A DNA stretch of 64,000 bases from Vulcanimicrobiota bacterium (GTDB taxonomy: Bacteria; Vulcanimicrobiota; Vulcanimicrobiia; Vulcanimicrobiales; Vulcanimicrobiaceae): contig CAWCIZ010000002.1 in the NCBI GenBank assembly GCA_963795855.1, forward strand, positions 448,001 to 512,000, written 5' to 3'. Of the stretch, positions 63,156 through 64,000 are shown one piece after another. The notes beneath the pieces were generated by a model. That model saw only the letters and a program-made list of their open reading frames with translations. It was not told the DNA's origin and did not search any database. Every line of letters starts with the position of its first letter. The first letter of the stretch is position 1. The position numbers and the translations under genes are program-made.

Positions 63156-64000
63156 CTACTCGCCGCTTTGCGAACCCGGTTCCACGACGACGGGGCCGGC
63201 GGCAACGTCGATATCGGAACCGATATCCGGCGCTTTTCCGCTATGCTCCTCGACCCAGTGGCACGCGGCGAAGTGTCCCGGCGCGTACTCGTTGAACGGC
63301 GGAACTTCGACTTTGCAGCGATCGAACGCAACCGGACAGCGCGTATGGAAGCGGCATCCCGACGGCGGATTGACGGGCGAAGGGATGTCGCCGACGAGAA
63401 CGATGCGCTTCTTGCGCCGCTCGACGTGCGGATCGGGAATGGGAATCGCGGAAAGGAGCGATTGCGTGTACGGATGCAGCGGGTTGTTGTAGAGATCGTC
63501 GCGATGGGCCAGCTCCATGATTTTTCCCACGTACATAACCGCTACCCGGGTCGAAATGTGACGTACGACGGAGAGATCGTGCGCGATGAACAGGTACGTC
63601 AGACCGAGTCTGCTGTTGCAGATCCTCGAGCAGGTTGATGACCTGCGCTTGAATCGACACGTCGAGCGCGGAGACCGGCTCGTCGCAAACGATGAATTTC
63701 GGATTCACCGCGAGAGCGCGCGCGATGCCGATGCGCTGGCGCTGGCCGCCGGAAAATTCGTGCGGATACCGGTTGGCGTGATACGGCTGAAGGCCGACGA
63801 GGCGCAAGAGTTCTTGAACCCGCCGCTGGGCGGCTTTGCCGGTCGCGAGGTGATGAATTTTGAGCGGTTCGCCGACGATGTCGGAAACGGTCATGCGGGG
63901 ATTGAGCGATGCAAACGGATCCTGGAAGATGATTTGCATTTCTTTGCGCAACCTGCGCAGTTCCGCGCGCGTACAGTTCAGAATGTTGCGCCCGTCGAAC
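63156..64000 (-). CDS. oppF: Oligopeptide/dipeptide ABC ATP-binding protein (5' end outside the window; frameshift near 63609)
   Basis: [56 protein letters not shown]. Confidence 0.9.

Overview
A GC-rich, gene-dense stretch of core bacterial chromosome. I see no rRNA, tRNA, CRISPR array, integrase or transposase. Outer-membrane genes (TolC, TonB receptor, LptD/OstA-like) sit beside Terrabacteria-style genes (ClpC, alpha/beta/epsilon acyl-CoA carboxylase, many leaderless starts). This suggests a diderm Terrabacteria lineage such as Ca. Eremiobacterota, which is an inference only. Main blocks: a TetR-controlled LolA-like/EmrAB-TolC efflux operon; hutH-hutU-hutI-hutF; a WYL regulator; clpC; a propionyl-CoA/fatty-acid cluster (pccB, fabI, unannotated epsilon subunit, BC-BCCP, methylmalonyl-CoA mutase and epimerase); a peptidoglycan-recycling operon (nagZ, AmiE-like, anmK, BadF-type kinase, murQ); a TonB receptor; msrB; a tricorn-like protease; and oppF. 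Most notable observations: (1) a self-contained ~190-nt structured non-coding RNA candidate (13519-13710) with its own sigma70 promoter and terminator, preceded by five co-oriented DnaA-box-like 9-mers and convergent with the WYL gene; (2) all 14 frameshifts I found fall at AGCT or a corrupted AGCT, which points to long-read errors at a methylated AGCT motif rather than true pseudogenes; (3) a pair of 20-bp TetR operators bracketing a promoter; (4) a secreted truncated-globin-like protein lacking the proximal His.
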